From NCBI GenBank assembly GCA_009602725.1, contig WELB01000005.1:484806-546422 (forward strand): 61,617 bases of DNA. Reading direction: 5' to 3'. Shown piece after piece: positions 25,543 through 37,831 of this stretch. The translations under genes were made by a program, and so were the position numbers. The stretch is from Spirogloea muscicola. Its lineage: Eukaryota. Below the pieces are notes generated by a model that saw nothing but the letters and a program-made list of their open reading frames with translations, ran no database searches and was not told the origin of the DNA. The stretch's first letter is position 1. The number at the start of each line of letters is the position of its first letter.

Positions 25543-27773
25543 ATGGCCGCCGCCGGCGGCGGCGACGCCCACGGCCACGACGGCCGCCTCGAGCCGCACC
25601 ACCACCACCACCACCAGTGAGCGCCGCTCGCTGGCCGCCATGGCCGCGCCAGCAGCCTCTTGGCCCGGCCTCGCAGCAGGACATTGTTCCTAGATATAGA
25701 CAGACCTATAGATGGCATTCACATGCTCCGCAGGTACGACATTGAGAGGCATGTAAAGCACAGGATAAGGTATGTCTTTGCCTAAACTAGATATTGGGTT
25801 GCCAGAGGTTACTCATCTACGACACATATATGCGATAAGAGCAAGATATCTTGCTATCATTTGTGTATGAAATATATTATGCTATCACGCTGCTGCTGCG
25901 CAGCGAGGTGGGCGCCCTGTGGGCTGGCGCCGACGGCCGCGTCTACCACTCCCACGACGGGCTGGCGCCGCACGCCCACGACCCATTGCCGTCGCCCGGC
26001 TTCTTCGCCGCCCGCCAGCGGCCGCTGGCCAGCCGCGACTTCGCCGACCGCGCCTTCACTGTCGGCATCGGCGGCCCCGTCGGCTCCGGGTGTGCCATTG
26101 TGACCAGCAACAGAAGCTCCCGGAGCTTAAACCTTGAACAACAGAGCCCGCAGTCTCCAGATGTAGCTCCTGATTAACCCTGCGTCTCGACACAGTTATG
26201 GTGTCAATCAGAGCCCTACCTTTCTTTTTCCCTGTAAGTAGAAGCTTAGGAGTCATCCTTGTCAATTCAGCAGGGACGATTTTAGAAAAGGTGGCAGTCT
26301 GCTGTGGTTGTCCCCGTCTCTGCCATGCATGGGCACTCCTTCCTTGGCTCTGGCCCTTGGTCGCAATGTGCGGCGCTGTTCAAGTAACGGCGCCGCTGGA
26401 GCGGAGCATGTGCAGGAAGACCGCCCTCATGCTGGCGCTGTGCCGGGCGCTGCGGGACAAGTACAGCATTGCTGCGGTGGGCCTTCCTGCCTCCTGTGCC
26501 TCCCGCCGCAGCATCTGCTGTTGGCGGAGGTTTCTGTTTAGCAACAAATTGTCTTCTATGACTGCTGTCTTTTGTGACTACAACCCCTTCTCTTGATCAC
26601 TTCAAGCTTGCGGCTTCTATGCGGCCTGCTCGTGTGATCAACAGGTCACCAACGACATCTTCACGCGAGAGGATGGAGATTTTCTGGTGCGCAACGGCGC
26701 GCTGCCTGCGGAGCGCATACGGCCGATCGAAACGGGCGGCTGCCCGCACGCAGCCATCCGCGAGGACATCAGCATCAATCTTGGGCCGCTCGAGGAGCTC
26801 ACACGCGAATTCCACGCCGACCTCCTCCTATGCGAGTCCGGCGGAGGTAGGTATCTGGAAGCAGACACTATGGGTGTCCATACAATCAGGACCTGTGGTT
26901 AAAATCAGGGGTTAATTGCACATCCTTGGCTAAATTTCCAATTTTCAACAACCAATCAAGTACCTGTAACCAGCTGGCTAGCTGCTCTCATATAACAGCG
27001 GCTTGTGGCTCGGCTGTACCGTCTCTCCTGCTGCGGCGGAGATTGTGGCAGACAATTTGGCGGCAAATTTCAGCCGCGAGCTGGCAGACTACATTGTGTA
27101 TATCATTGACGTCGCAGGCGGCGATAAGATCCCGCGCAAGGGTGGCCCAGGGATCACCCAGGCCGACCTGCTGGTCGCCCACAAATACCTTGACCTCTAT
27201 TGGACGTGTCATGTCACAGGAGCTTAATCATAAGCACGGGCGGGCATGCTTGTGCTGTCAATCACCTGACTGATCATGAGAGCTACATGACTCAAGTCCG
27301 AAGCACCAGTTAGCATCACCGCCTGCGATTTCCCTCAGGTGATCAACAAAACGGACCTGGCAACGGCGGTTGGTGCCGATCTCAAGGTCATGGAAGCGGA
27401 CGCCTTGCGGATGCGAGACGGCGGCCCCTTCGTCTTTGCGCAGGCAAGCTGCTTCACCCACTTTCCGTTGCAACAAGCCAAAGTCTGCTGTTACTCACCG
27501 ATGTGAGGTTTTTGGCAGTACTTGACTCTCGTAAGCTCCGGAAAGGCAGCAGCTTTTGACTAATTGACGCGCTGACCCTCAACAACCCCCCTGAAGCTAC
27601 AACCTTTGCACCTTCCATAGCAAAATTTGGTGCATGAAGTTTGTCATTTAGAACGTCCTTTTCTTGACAATCGCTGGGGGTGGACGGGCCAGGTAAAGCA
27701 TGGCGTCGGGCTGGACGATATCATTGGGCATGTCCTAGCTGCGCTGCACTCTGGCACGAAGCCCCAAGTGTAG
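25543..27773 (+). CDS. ureG: Urease accessory GTPase UreG (plant type, His-rich N-terminus)
   Basis: [71 protein letters not shown]. Confidence 0.97.
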
Positions 27774-28330
27774 CTCACCCAGAAGCCCCTTAGCGCCACG
27801 GTTTACTTAGATACTTGGGTCAGTAAACCATGTGCCAAGGACGCCTAAACTCAGGTGTATTGCTGTACATATCTTGATTCAGAACGCAGGTGCCCTCATG
27901 TGTTCAGATGCCCTTATCTTCATACTTTTGCCACCTCTGCTGATGTCCTAGTGCATTCCAAGTGCTATTTGTGGCCACCTGAATTTCTAAATCAATGGCA
28001 CTTTGGAAGGTCCAGCTTTGGATGTTGCTGCAAATGCGAAATACATACGGCGGAAGTGCAACACGTGAACAGGCAGTGGCACTCGTCTTGGTGTCACACC
28101 TTTGGTAGCGCCGCTTATCAAGGACCTAGTGGTCAGCTCGACAATGTCAATCATTGGGTATCCAGAGCCACTGAGGGTCTCCAGAGCCACTCGAATGAGG
28201 TCAAAGCAGAGAAGCATCCTGACCACAGAGATTCCAAGATTGCAGCTTCAGAAAGTAGGATGAAATTCTGCACCGTTAATCTTAGGCCGCCCACGAGACA
28301 TGCCCAATTGTGAGAGAGAGCCGCAAGATG

Positions 28331-29864
28331 TCAGAAGTGGAACGACTCGACAGCGGTCCTGAGAGGTCGCTCAGCCTCGGGCCATCGTCCATTGGTAGCA
28401 GACGCCGTCATCACATACATCTCACCTACAAGGACATAAGCACCAGATACTTCAAGTTTGGGCAAGCAACGGCATACAGTCTGGGGCAATGAAGCACGCT
28501 CAGAGCCACATAGCAGAACAACTACGTTGACAGAGTGGCACAATCGTGGCAAGTGTGCAAGCAGGTACAGGCCAGGGGGGGAGAGGATAATCAAACAGAT
28601 GTACAAGGATGAAAGGTAAAGGGTCAACAACTAGATTAAAGTTTGGGAGAGGACATGCCTCCTTGGAGGACGGCGGAGCAGAGGTGGTGCCGTTGGATGG
28701 ACGGGATGGGCACCCCGTCCGTCACACGCGTGCACTCCAGCGCACCACCGCTGCGCTCTTCCACGGCGCCCCGGCAGGTCTCAGTCCTGTACCTGCCACG
28801 ATCAAGCAAGGATCAACAGGGTACCCCAAACCCTTGAATAATCCTTGTCAGTCATACGTGACTTCCTGAGTGGACATACACAATCAGGGACAATACGAAG
28901 GTAGAACTCTAGCTTGTATAATCTGCACAAAGGATTTGCAGCAGTTGCAGGTTTCTTGAGGGCAAAGCCCGAACCAGCACAGTCCTCAACACAGCTACGA
29001 GCCCAGCATTGACCAAGCCAAACAATATCGCAGGCTGGTTTGTGTGCACACTCAAACTTGTAGGCCGGCAGCGCTTCTGATGTGCTTGGCAACGTGCCAT
29101 CAGCAAAACGGCCTTCAAGAAACGTCGTTGTCATGTTCTGCCGACACAGTTATACATGCATGAGGCCCTTGAGGTGCACTGCTTCTGTGCAGGACACCAA
29201 CGTGAGTCCTCTGTCATTTAAGGAGCATACTCCGCGCGATGCCAGCTTCCAGGCCAAGTCCGCGAGGTGTGCTGAGGACGCCACGCCGCCAGCCGGGTAC
29301 CTCACCACGCTAATCTGTTCAGGAGCTTGCAATGCGAGCAGCAACAAACTTTGTGAGCTGCCAGCAGAGGCACAAGGAGCCGAGAGTGTATTCTCAAAGC
29401 GCAAACTGCACTGCCGCTGTTGCTGTTGAGCTCTCACCGTGTCGAAGGTGGCGAAGTTGCCGACGAGCGCCACGGTCTGGGAGCCGTCGGGCTGGCGGTC
29501 CTCGCCGGCTCTGCGGTTCTGGCGTCGAGCCCGCCCCAGAGCTCAGTCAGGACCCCCGGTACTGCCGCCGGCACGGACATCGGCGGCGGCGGCGGCGATG
29601 TGGTAGCAGCAACCTAATCCTAACCCTAAAACTTGAACCCTAAAACCCCCTATCCCTAAACCTGAATCCTAGGGGCTCACTATGGCGACAACGAAGCCGG
29701 GCGGGTAGGAGAAGGTGAAGCCGAGGTCGCCACTGCGGAACTCCGGCGCAGCCGGCGGGCCGCCGGCGGCGGCTGCCTGCGGCCCCCTGCCTGCGTGCGA
29801 GACGAGGGGGGGAGGCCCGCCGCCAGCCTTCAGGCCGCTGCCTGCGGCGACGGCGGCGGCGGCG
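28331..29864 (-). CDS. PsbP-domain (PPD-like) protein; start lies in the gap
   Basis: GFTFSYPPGF, AYKFE, RHHL, GEMYVMTASATNGRWPEAERPLRTAVESF-stop, a PsbP-fold C-terminus. Confidence 0.75.
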
Positions 29865-30825
29865 NNNNNNNNNNNNNNNNNNNNNNNNNNNNNNNNNNNN
29901 NNNNNNNNNNNNNNNNNNNNNNNNNNNNNNNNNNNNNNNNNNNNNNNNNNNNNNNNANNNNNNNNNNNNNNNNNNNNNNNNNNNNNNNNNNNNNNNNNNN
30001 NNNNNNNNNNNNNNNNNNNNNNNNNNNNNNNNNNNNNNNNNNNNNNNNNNNNNNNNNNNNNNNNNNNNNNNNNNNNNNNNNNNNNNNNNNNNNNNNNNNN
30101 NNNNNNNNNNNNNNNNNNNNNNNNNNNNNNNNNNNNNNNNNNNNNNNNNNNNNNNNNNNNNNNNNNNNNNNNNNNNNNNNNNNNNNNNNNNNNNNNNNNN
30201 NNNNNNNNNNNNNNNNNNNNNNNNNNNNNNNNNNNNNNNNNNNNNNNNNNNNNNNNNNNNNNNNNNNNNNNNNNNNNNNNNNNNNNNNNNNNNNNNNNNN
30301 NNNNNNNNNNNNNNNNNNNNNNNNNNNNNNNNNNNNNNNNNNNNNNNNNNNNNNNNNNNNNNNNNNNNNNNNNNNNNNNNNNNNNNNNNNNNNNNNNNNN
30401 NNNNNNNNNNNNNNNNNNNNNNNNNNNNNNNNNNNNNNNNNNNNNNNNNNNNNNNNNNNNNNNNNNNNNNNNNNNNNNNNNNNNNNNNNNNNNNNNNNNN
30501 NNNNNNNNNNNNNNNNNNNNNNNNNNNNNNNNNNNNNNNNNNNNNNNNNNNNNNNNNNNNNNNNNNNNNNNNNNNNNNNNNNNNNNNNNNNNNNNNNNNN
30601 NNNNNNNNNNNNNNNNNNNNNNNNNNNNNNNNNNNNNNNNNNNNNNNNNNNNNNNNNNNNNNNNNNNNNNNNNNNNNNNNNNNNNNNNNNNNNNNNNNNN
30701 NNNNNNNNNNNNNNNNNNNNNNNNNNNNNNNNNNNNNNNNNNNNNNNNNNNNNNNNNNNNNNNNNNNNNNNNNNNNNNNNNNNNNNNNNNNNNNNNNNNN
30801 NNNNNNNNNNNNNNNNNNNNNNNNN

Positions 30826-30892
<67 letters not shown>

Positions 30893-30894
<2 letters not shown>

Positions 30895-32177
30895 GGCGTT
30901 GCCGCGGCGGCGGCGGCCCCGTCGAGACAACAGCCGCCGTTGCAGCGGGGACCTACGTCGGCGACGGCGGCGGCGACGGCCCAGAAGGGCGGCGGAGCTG
31001 GGCCGCCTCTGGCGACGGCGGCCACGCCCGCGCCTGGCCACATCCTTGGCAAGCGCAGCGTCCAGGACCTCCTGGCGCAGGTGCACACCGGCGCCTCAGC
31101 CGCCTTTTAGAACGCCAATTGGGTTACTTGGATGGCCAGCACTATTGGTCCTAACGACGCCACTGCTGCCGGTCATTGCCACCACCATCCCTGCAGATTG
31201 ACCCGCGGGAGCGGCTGGACCCCGCCGCGGAGGATGTGCTGCTGGAGGTGGCCGACGACTTTGTGGAGTCAGTAACGGCCTTCGCCTGCCAGCTCGCCAA
31301 GCACCGCCGCAGCACGGTGCTGGAGGCCAAGGACGTCCTCCTCCACCTTGGTAAGCCGCCACAGCTGGCGCTGTCGTCGCGTCGCCGCGCCTTGGCTGGA
31401 GGCCACTGCTTCAGCCTGCCGCCATGCTGTCCTCTTGCCGTTTTTCCGGCGAGCCGCTCGTCCTCAGGTTGACCCCCTTGTTGCTGGCTGGCGTGTGCGT
31501 CCGCTGGCAGAGCGCAACTGGCACATTAGCATCCCCGGGCTGGGTGGTGACGAGGTGCGGCCGTACAAGCGCCCGGTAAGCCTCCTGGCCAAGCCCTGGG
31601 ACTTATAGCAACCTTATATGCTAAGCCGCCCTGGCTGTGAATGTAAACCCCACAATCATGCTGGTGGTAATCGTAGTACAATCTCCAAATAAACTCCTGA
31701 CTCTTGAGCTCATGTGGTGGCAATCCACTGCCAAGCCAGCCGCGGCAGCTCTCTCTCCAAAAGCTTCGCAGTTGGCGGCATGGCCGATGATGATCTCACT
31801 AAAGGATTTATGCGTGCGCACCTTGCAGCAGCCGGCGGACGAGGCGCATCGCCAGCGACAGGCTCTGGTGACACTGCTGCCTACGGCAACAGCGGCGTAG
31901 CCTACAGACAATGGCCGAGCTTGCATGCAGCGCACTGGCGACGGCTGATGCCCCGCAAAGCTGACGCGGTTGTTGTGCTGTTGCTCGCGTGTGTGCACAG
32001 GTGCGGCGATCGCAAAGCGCCAGCCAAGTCGCCTCGTCCCCTGCTGCCGCCACAGCAGACGGGCTTCCGCAGTCGCCGCGCCCAGCGCTGGCTAAATCGC
32101 CTGCTCTGGCGGCGGCCACATCCACCAACCCCAGCTCGTCAACTGGGCCTCTGGGGCCGCCTCAGCCAGTTCTCTGA
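30893..32177 (+). CDS. TAF12: TFIID subunit TAF12 (histone fold); 5' end in the gap
   Basis: [68 protein letters not shown]. Confidence 0.93.
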
Positions 32178-32674
32178 CATGGCCGGCGTCGCCGTAGTCG
32201 ATGACTGGCAGTACGAGCTCACTGCTGCCATTGCAGCTGCTGGGCAGCCTTGGAAGCTACCGCAGAGAAAGACAATCGCTGCAGGGGCTGAGGGGTTGGG
32301 AGTTCTTTCCCAAGTCGCGTCTGATTTCATAGGTTAGGAGTTGAGGAGGTACCAGGAGCTTGCAAGGCAAGGCACGACTGCTTGCACATCGTGCTGAGAG
32401 TCACGTGCATGGCAATGTCTTCCTGAAGAAGTGACGTTTCGCATGCGGATGGTCGCGTTTGGCTGCATTTAGGCTGCTGCTGGTCAACAGCCGGCCGTAC
32501 CAATGTGAAGCTTTGGCACTTCACTTGCGAACGGCCTGCAGGGCTGCTTCCAGGCGCTGCTTCGACCACTTCCACTTGGCCACCTCATTTGAGATGGCCA
32601 CCCTCAGCGGCTGACTCCACCAAGGCCATCTGCTTGGCTTGGCCTTACCACGTCTGGCCCTCCTGACAAATCGT

Positions 32675-32980
32675 GAACAGCGCTTCCAAATTGACTGGTG
32701 GCTCTGAGAGGCCAGCCCAAAAGAGTGGACAAGGTCTGGAGGGGCCGGATGGCGCAAAAAGCAAGAAATTAATTGATAAGACTACAGCAAGGGGGCTCTC
32801 AGTAACCTCGAGTCAGTAAGTGCAAGTCAGAGTGATTAGCAGGTGGATAGACGTCGCCCTGGCGGAAACCGGAGGCAGCAGCCAAGGCGCAGCCTGCACG
32901 CAAGTGGACAGCGAAGGCAAGGTACGTCTGCAAGGAGATGGCCAAGCGCATCTGGAACACTTGAGCAAGGGACCCGGCAA
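32675..32980 (-). mobile_element. Family G 3' end
   Basis: AFAVHLRAG..GDVYPPANHSDLHLLTRGY-stop plus hairpin UTR ending TTGGAAGCGCTGTTC. Confidence 0.8.
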
Positions 32981-33040
32981 ATCAACTACATTATTGTTCA
33001 TGCAAAAGATAAAGCAGAAAGTGGGGCTACATGAAACGAA

Positions 33041-33184
33041 GACTTGCATCTACTGACTAGAGGTTACTGAGAGTCCGCTTGCTGCTGTCTCAGTCCTTAG
33101 CACACTCCGGCTCCTTCAGACCTTGTCCATTCCTTTGGGCTGGCCTCTCCCAGCCACCACTTAATCTGGCCGCGCTTGCTTCTT
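33041..33184 (+). mobile_element. Family C 3' end
   Basis: DLHLLTRGY-stop plus UTR ending TTAATCTGGCCGCGCTTGCTTCTT. Confidence 0.85.
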
Positions 33185-33229
33185 AGAGCCAAGGTAGCTA
33201 AGGTATCAATGTGACGTTACTACTCAGTG

Positions 33230-33678
33230 GGATCTGACGTCTCACGGGGCTCGCTCACTGGCCAAGCGACGCAGCTCCAGGAACGGGGGAGCTCAGTTTC
33301 CCGTGCTGCAGACGAGCAACCACTGGAGCATCTCCGGAGTCTCCTCCAAGGGGATGCTCGAGGCCAGGCTCGGCTCCTATCTGTATCGTCTCTGGGAGCG
33401 TCTGAGTGGCTCCGCGCTTTGCCTTTGCATGCGGGCTTGCGGATGGAAAATGCTTTGTTTTGAGATGCTATGCGCCGCCGTCTTGGCTTTCCATCCCTGT
33501 GCTTGGCAGGGGTGACCCAATGTGAATGTGGGCCTATTGAGCACGATGCAGTGCTCATGGGTGACCACATGCTCAGGTGTGCCAAAGGCAGTGAGCGCAC
33601 GGGCTCCCACAACCTCCTACGTGACGCCATGTATGGCATCGTCAAGGAGGCGGGATATCAAGTGGCGTTGGAGAGCAC
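33230..33678 (+). mobile_element. CRE-clade ORF fragment: post-RT linker and CCHC zinc knuckle, running into a gap
   Basis: ARLLSVSSLGASEWLRALP..LRMENALF*DAMRRRLG..CECG..DHMLRC..RTGSHNLLRDAM. One in-frame TGA. Confidence 0.85.
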
Positions 33679-34528
33679 NNNNNNNNNNNNNNNNNNNNNN
33701 NNNNNNNNNNNNNNNNNNNNNNNNNNNNNNNNNNNNNNNNNNNNNNNNNNNNNNNNNNNNNNNNNNNNNNNNNNNNNNNNNNNNNNNNNNNNNNNNNNNN
33801 NNNNNNNNNNNNNNNNNNNNNNNNNNNNNNNNNNNNNNNNNNNNNNNNNNNNNNNNNNNNNNNNNNNNNNNNNNNNNNNNNNNNNNNNNNNNNNNNNNNN
33901 NNNNNNNNNNNNNNNNNNNNNNNNNNNNNNNNNNNNNNNNNNNNNNNNNNNNNNNNNNNNNNNNNNNNNNNNNNNNNNNNNNNNNNNNNNNNNNNNNNNN
34001 NNNNNNNNNNNNNNNNNNNNNNNNNNNNNNNNNNNNNNNNNNNNNNNNNNNNNNNNNNNNNNNNNNNNNNNNNNNNNNNNNNNNNNNNNNNNNNNNNNNN
34101 NNNNNNNNNNNNNNNNNNNNNNNNNNNNNNNNNNNNNNNNNNNNNNNNNNNNNNNNNNNNNNNNNNNNNNNNNNNNNNNNNNNNNNNNNNNNNNNNNNNN
34201 NNNNNNNNNNNNNNNNNNNNNNNNNNNNNNNNNNNNNNNNNNNNNNNNNNNNNNNNNNNNNNNNNNNNNNNNNNNNNNNNNNNNNNNNNNNNNNNNNNNN
34301 NNNNNNNNNNNNNNNNNNNNNNNNNNNNNNNNNNNNNNNNNNNNNNNNNNNNNNNNNNNNNNNNNNNNNNNNNNNNNNNNNNNNNNNNNNNNNNNNNNNN
34401 NNNNNNNNNNNNNNNNNNNNNNNNNNNNNNNNNNNNNNNNNNNNNNNNNNNNNNNNNNNNNNNNNNNNNNNNNNNNNNNNNNNNNNNNNNNNNNNNNNNN
34501 NNNNNNNNNNNNNNNNNNNNNNNNNNNN

Positions 34529-37353
34529 CGGCGCGGCCGCCGAGATCGCCGTGGACTTCTTCGCCGCGCAGGCACGACCGCCGCCTCCGCCGCTGCCATG
34601 GATTGCTGCCCCGGCCGGCCGCCTCGGCTGCCGTGGCCACCACGGCGGTGGTCGCTGACCGCGCAACGGTGCCGCCCCGCGGCTTCGCGGCGGCGGCCGC
34701 GCAGATGCACTTCCAGTACGCCAAGCTCGGCGCCGCGCCGGAGCGCAGCCTGCGCCGGCGGCTGTACAAGTATGTCCACCCTCCAGCCGCTGACGCGGCC
34801 GCCGCCGCAGCGGCCGCCGCCGTCAGAGCCCCCGATGGCCTCAAGTGGTCGCGCCAGTCATTGCCAGCTTGCCTGCAATGGCAGCTGCCACTGACTGCAA
34901 CGACAGCTACCGTTGGGAAGCGCCGCAGTAGGCAACGCCGCTGACGCCGCCGTTGGCACCTTGCACTCCCGCCGCCGCAGCTTCATGGAGACGCTCATGT
35001 CGCGCATCCCAGCGGCCGAGCTCTTCCTGCGCTCCCTCCCGCCGGACGCAGCCGCCATCCACGTCATCTACCCCGCGGGGTCAGCCGGTCGCGCAGCCCG
35101 GCGCCCCTAAACCTCGAACCCTGAATTACTACATCCAAAACCCTACCCGTCACCTTCGTGCGTCAGCGGCTGGCGGCTGACGCCGGCGCTGACGCGTCAC
35201 GATCGCTCACGCCGGCGCTGACGCGTCACGGTCGCCTGGCCAGCTGCCTCGCAGCCTGGACCCCCGGCTGGTGCGCAGACGGCTGCGCCACCTGGCAGTC
35301 AGGTACCCCCCGGCCGCTGCAGCTGCCGGCCCTGCTCACCGCCCATAAGACCTGGCCGCCTGCCACTGCAGGCCGGGCCGTCAATTCCTGGCTCTGCCAT
35401 ACGTTTTGCTGTGGCCCAGCCTCCATCTCTGCCGCTGCTGGCTCCTTCACTCCTGTGTACCTTACGCCCTCCTCGCTACTCATGGATGCTTGCGCACGCT
35501 CGTGCATGATTGTGGGCTCTCCGTGGACACAGTGGCGAGAAGCGGCACCGAAAGCTCTACTATGGTGCCGCTTCAATGCTTCCCTTCACCAGCCTCTTAG
35601 GGGTACGTTGAGGATGAGCTTCAGCACAATCTGAGCCCATCATATATCTCATCCCTCGGCAGCCCTTCCGCAGCCTTGGAACGCTGACACTTACCTTTTG
35701 ATGCCCAAGCTATTGCCATGATTCCCAGAAGCGCAAACCCTCAAGCCTTGGTCTTGTATTCACTTGAAAGACGTCACTGCACCATGCTCAGTCCAGGGAG
35801 CTCAAAGTCCTTGCTTCAGATGTGATCACCTCACACCTCCCCGTCCTTGAGATGTGATGGGTGACACTCAGAGTCCTGCCCGCCATGCCCTGCACAGTCC
35901 CTTGCGTGAGACATGCAGCTTGTCATCCTTGACTAGTGCTTATCTACTTGGCAGCAGCTCGCCCATGCTACCATGACCGTGACATCTCCCGCTGCGCGCA
36001 GATCCTCCCAACCCCCAATGTCGTCTTCTTCTGGAACATCTTCCGCACGTATGCGCATCGCCAGGCCCTCAGAGTCTGCTCCTCCTCCACCCTCCCATGC
36101 GCCCTCCCCTCTGCTGCTGATGTTCAGAGTTGTGCTTGGCAACCAGCCGGTACACTCGCTTGTCTTTCTTTACATGAAACACTATAAAGGTCTTCTACAT
36201 GAAGCATAGCAAGCGGTCTTTGGGTGACCTCAATGTCCGTAGCAGGTCACGCCAGTGTATACCTGGATGTCACTATACTTCTGACCACGGATAGTGACCT
36301 TCTGGACTTTCTTACTCAACCTAGCTTCCTGAGTCAAGCTTTGAGTTGTGATGTTGCATCAGGCTGAAGTCTCAAAGTACTACACAGTGCTCACCATCCT
36401 TCGCTGTGTTTGCTTTATATCTTCACCGCTGCCTAGTGGCCGATGAGATTTTCTCATGTCGTCCTTTATAGGACAGCGCGAGGAATTGGCTGCAAGGCGA
36501 CGGAAATTTGGTTTGAGCCAAATTTGTCTGACTGGTTTTTCTGTGCTCCAGAGCAGCGAGCGGCTGTTGAAGCTTGCAACGATACCGCCTGCACCCCAGG
36601 TCGTGCCCGCCGTCGACACTGACGCCCAGCTGGAGCCAGTTGAGACGGAGGTTGCGGGAAGCGATGTGCAGGAAAGTTTGACTTCTGGCCCGGTCGTCAA
36701 CGACAAACCGCCCTTGGTAACAGTTCCTCCTCTTGGCAATCATCCCATCTCCTCAAGCCTAGGCCTCTTCCTCCGGTGACAACTTTGAGTTGCTTGCTTT
36801 GAGCGAGTTGAGCCCTATTCTGCCTGGCATCAACCTCCATATTGGCGCCTCAGCAGTTGTGGCAGATTACAGGTTCAAGCCTGCATGGCCCAGGCCATGG
36901 AATTGCTGTTCACGTGATTGGATTTCATATTGCTTGCAAACTAGAGTCCCATTAGTCACTCACATTGGACCCTTGCATTATCGTGTATGGTTGGCAATGC
37001 GTTCGGGGCTCCTCCAAGTTGTCTTGGAGGTTCTGTTCGTGCGTATCACTTGCTGCAACATCTATTCTCTTTCCAACTGAGCAGTCAAATAAACCACGCG
37101 CCTGAGAGAGTGAGGCATATCCTGCAAGGGCATGCTCATGCCCAAGTGCTCTGCCAACTTATATTGCCGACTTTTTTCTTGACAACAGTGGCTTGGCTTG
37201 ATTGAGCAGGTCCTTATGCCCTCTGCAAAGCTGGAGCAGCTGGTGGGCGAGCACATTGCAAGCCCCATGGAGCCGGTTGTTGTGGAAGCTATATGCAAGG
37301 CATACCACCTGGACCCAGCGCTGGTTGCCAGGTGGCGAGATCAGAAGCGCTAG
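34529..37353 (+). CDS. Mitochondrial K+/H+ exchange-related protein (Mit_KHE1-like); start in the gap
   Basis: AEIAVDFF, LMSRIPAAELFLRSL, LDPRLVRRRLRHLA, ILPTPNVVFFWNIFRTYAHRQAL, SERLLKL. Confidence 0.85.
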
Positions 37354-37831
37354 CCTTCTCGCCCAACATTTACAGCTCAACCGCTGCTTGCAGCGGCTCA
37401 AAGGCTTGCAGTTGCTAACCATGTGCTCGCATCACTCTAGCCCCCCCCNCCCCATTTGATTGATCCTGTGTACGGCTTTGATTCTTTTGTTGTCAGCCAC
37501 ATTGTCAGCTATACATAGCACTTGGGCTCTACAATTGTGCTGGCACGACCCATTACTTTACCATTACCATTCTTACAGCTCAAAGTATGATGGCACTGTC
37601 ACATCCACGAAGCAGTATTTGCAGGTTCAGCTTGTCGCCGGCCCACATCGATTATCACCTTAAGGTCAGAAGAACGGGGGTGACGGCATCAAGCCAGCAG
37701 GTGGTTTGATGGATTCAATGCCAAACCAGCATAGTGTCATGTGAATCTGACGCGCTTCTATGGACGCTCTTCAGAGATCAAAGAAAGTGTGAAAGGTGAA
37801 TTTACAGAGTCCTTTGACCTCAGCAGCATCA

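Noticed and set aside
30826..30892. Poly(T) run as a retro-insertion tail
   Set aside because: It abuts an N gap, so no element body or TSD can be assessed, and it may be a sequencing artefact.
29715..34894. Long ORFs of 350-480 aa in the ORF track
   Set aside because: They are artefacts of translating through N gaps.
35178..35234. Tandem 30-nt duplication with a TGACGCGTCA palindrome
   Set aside because: Two-copy local intronic duplication with no further support for function.
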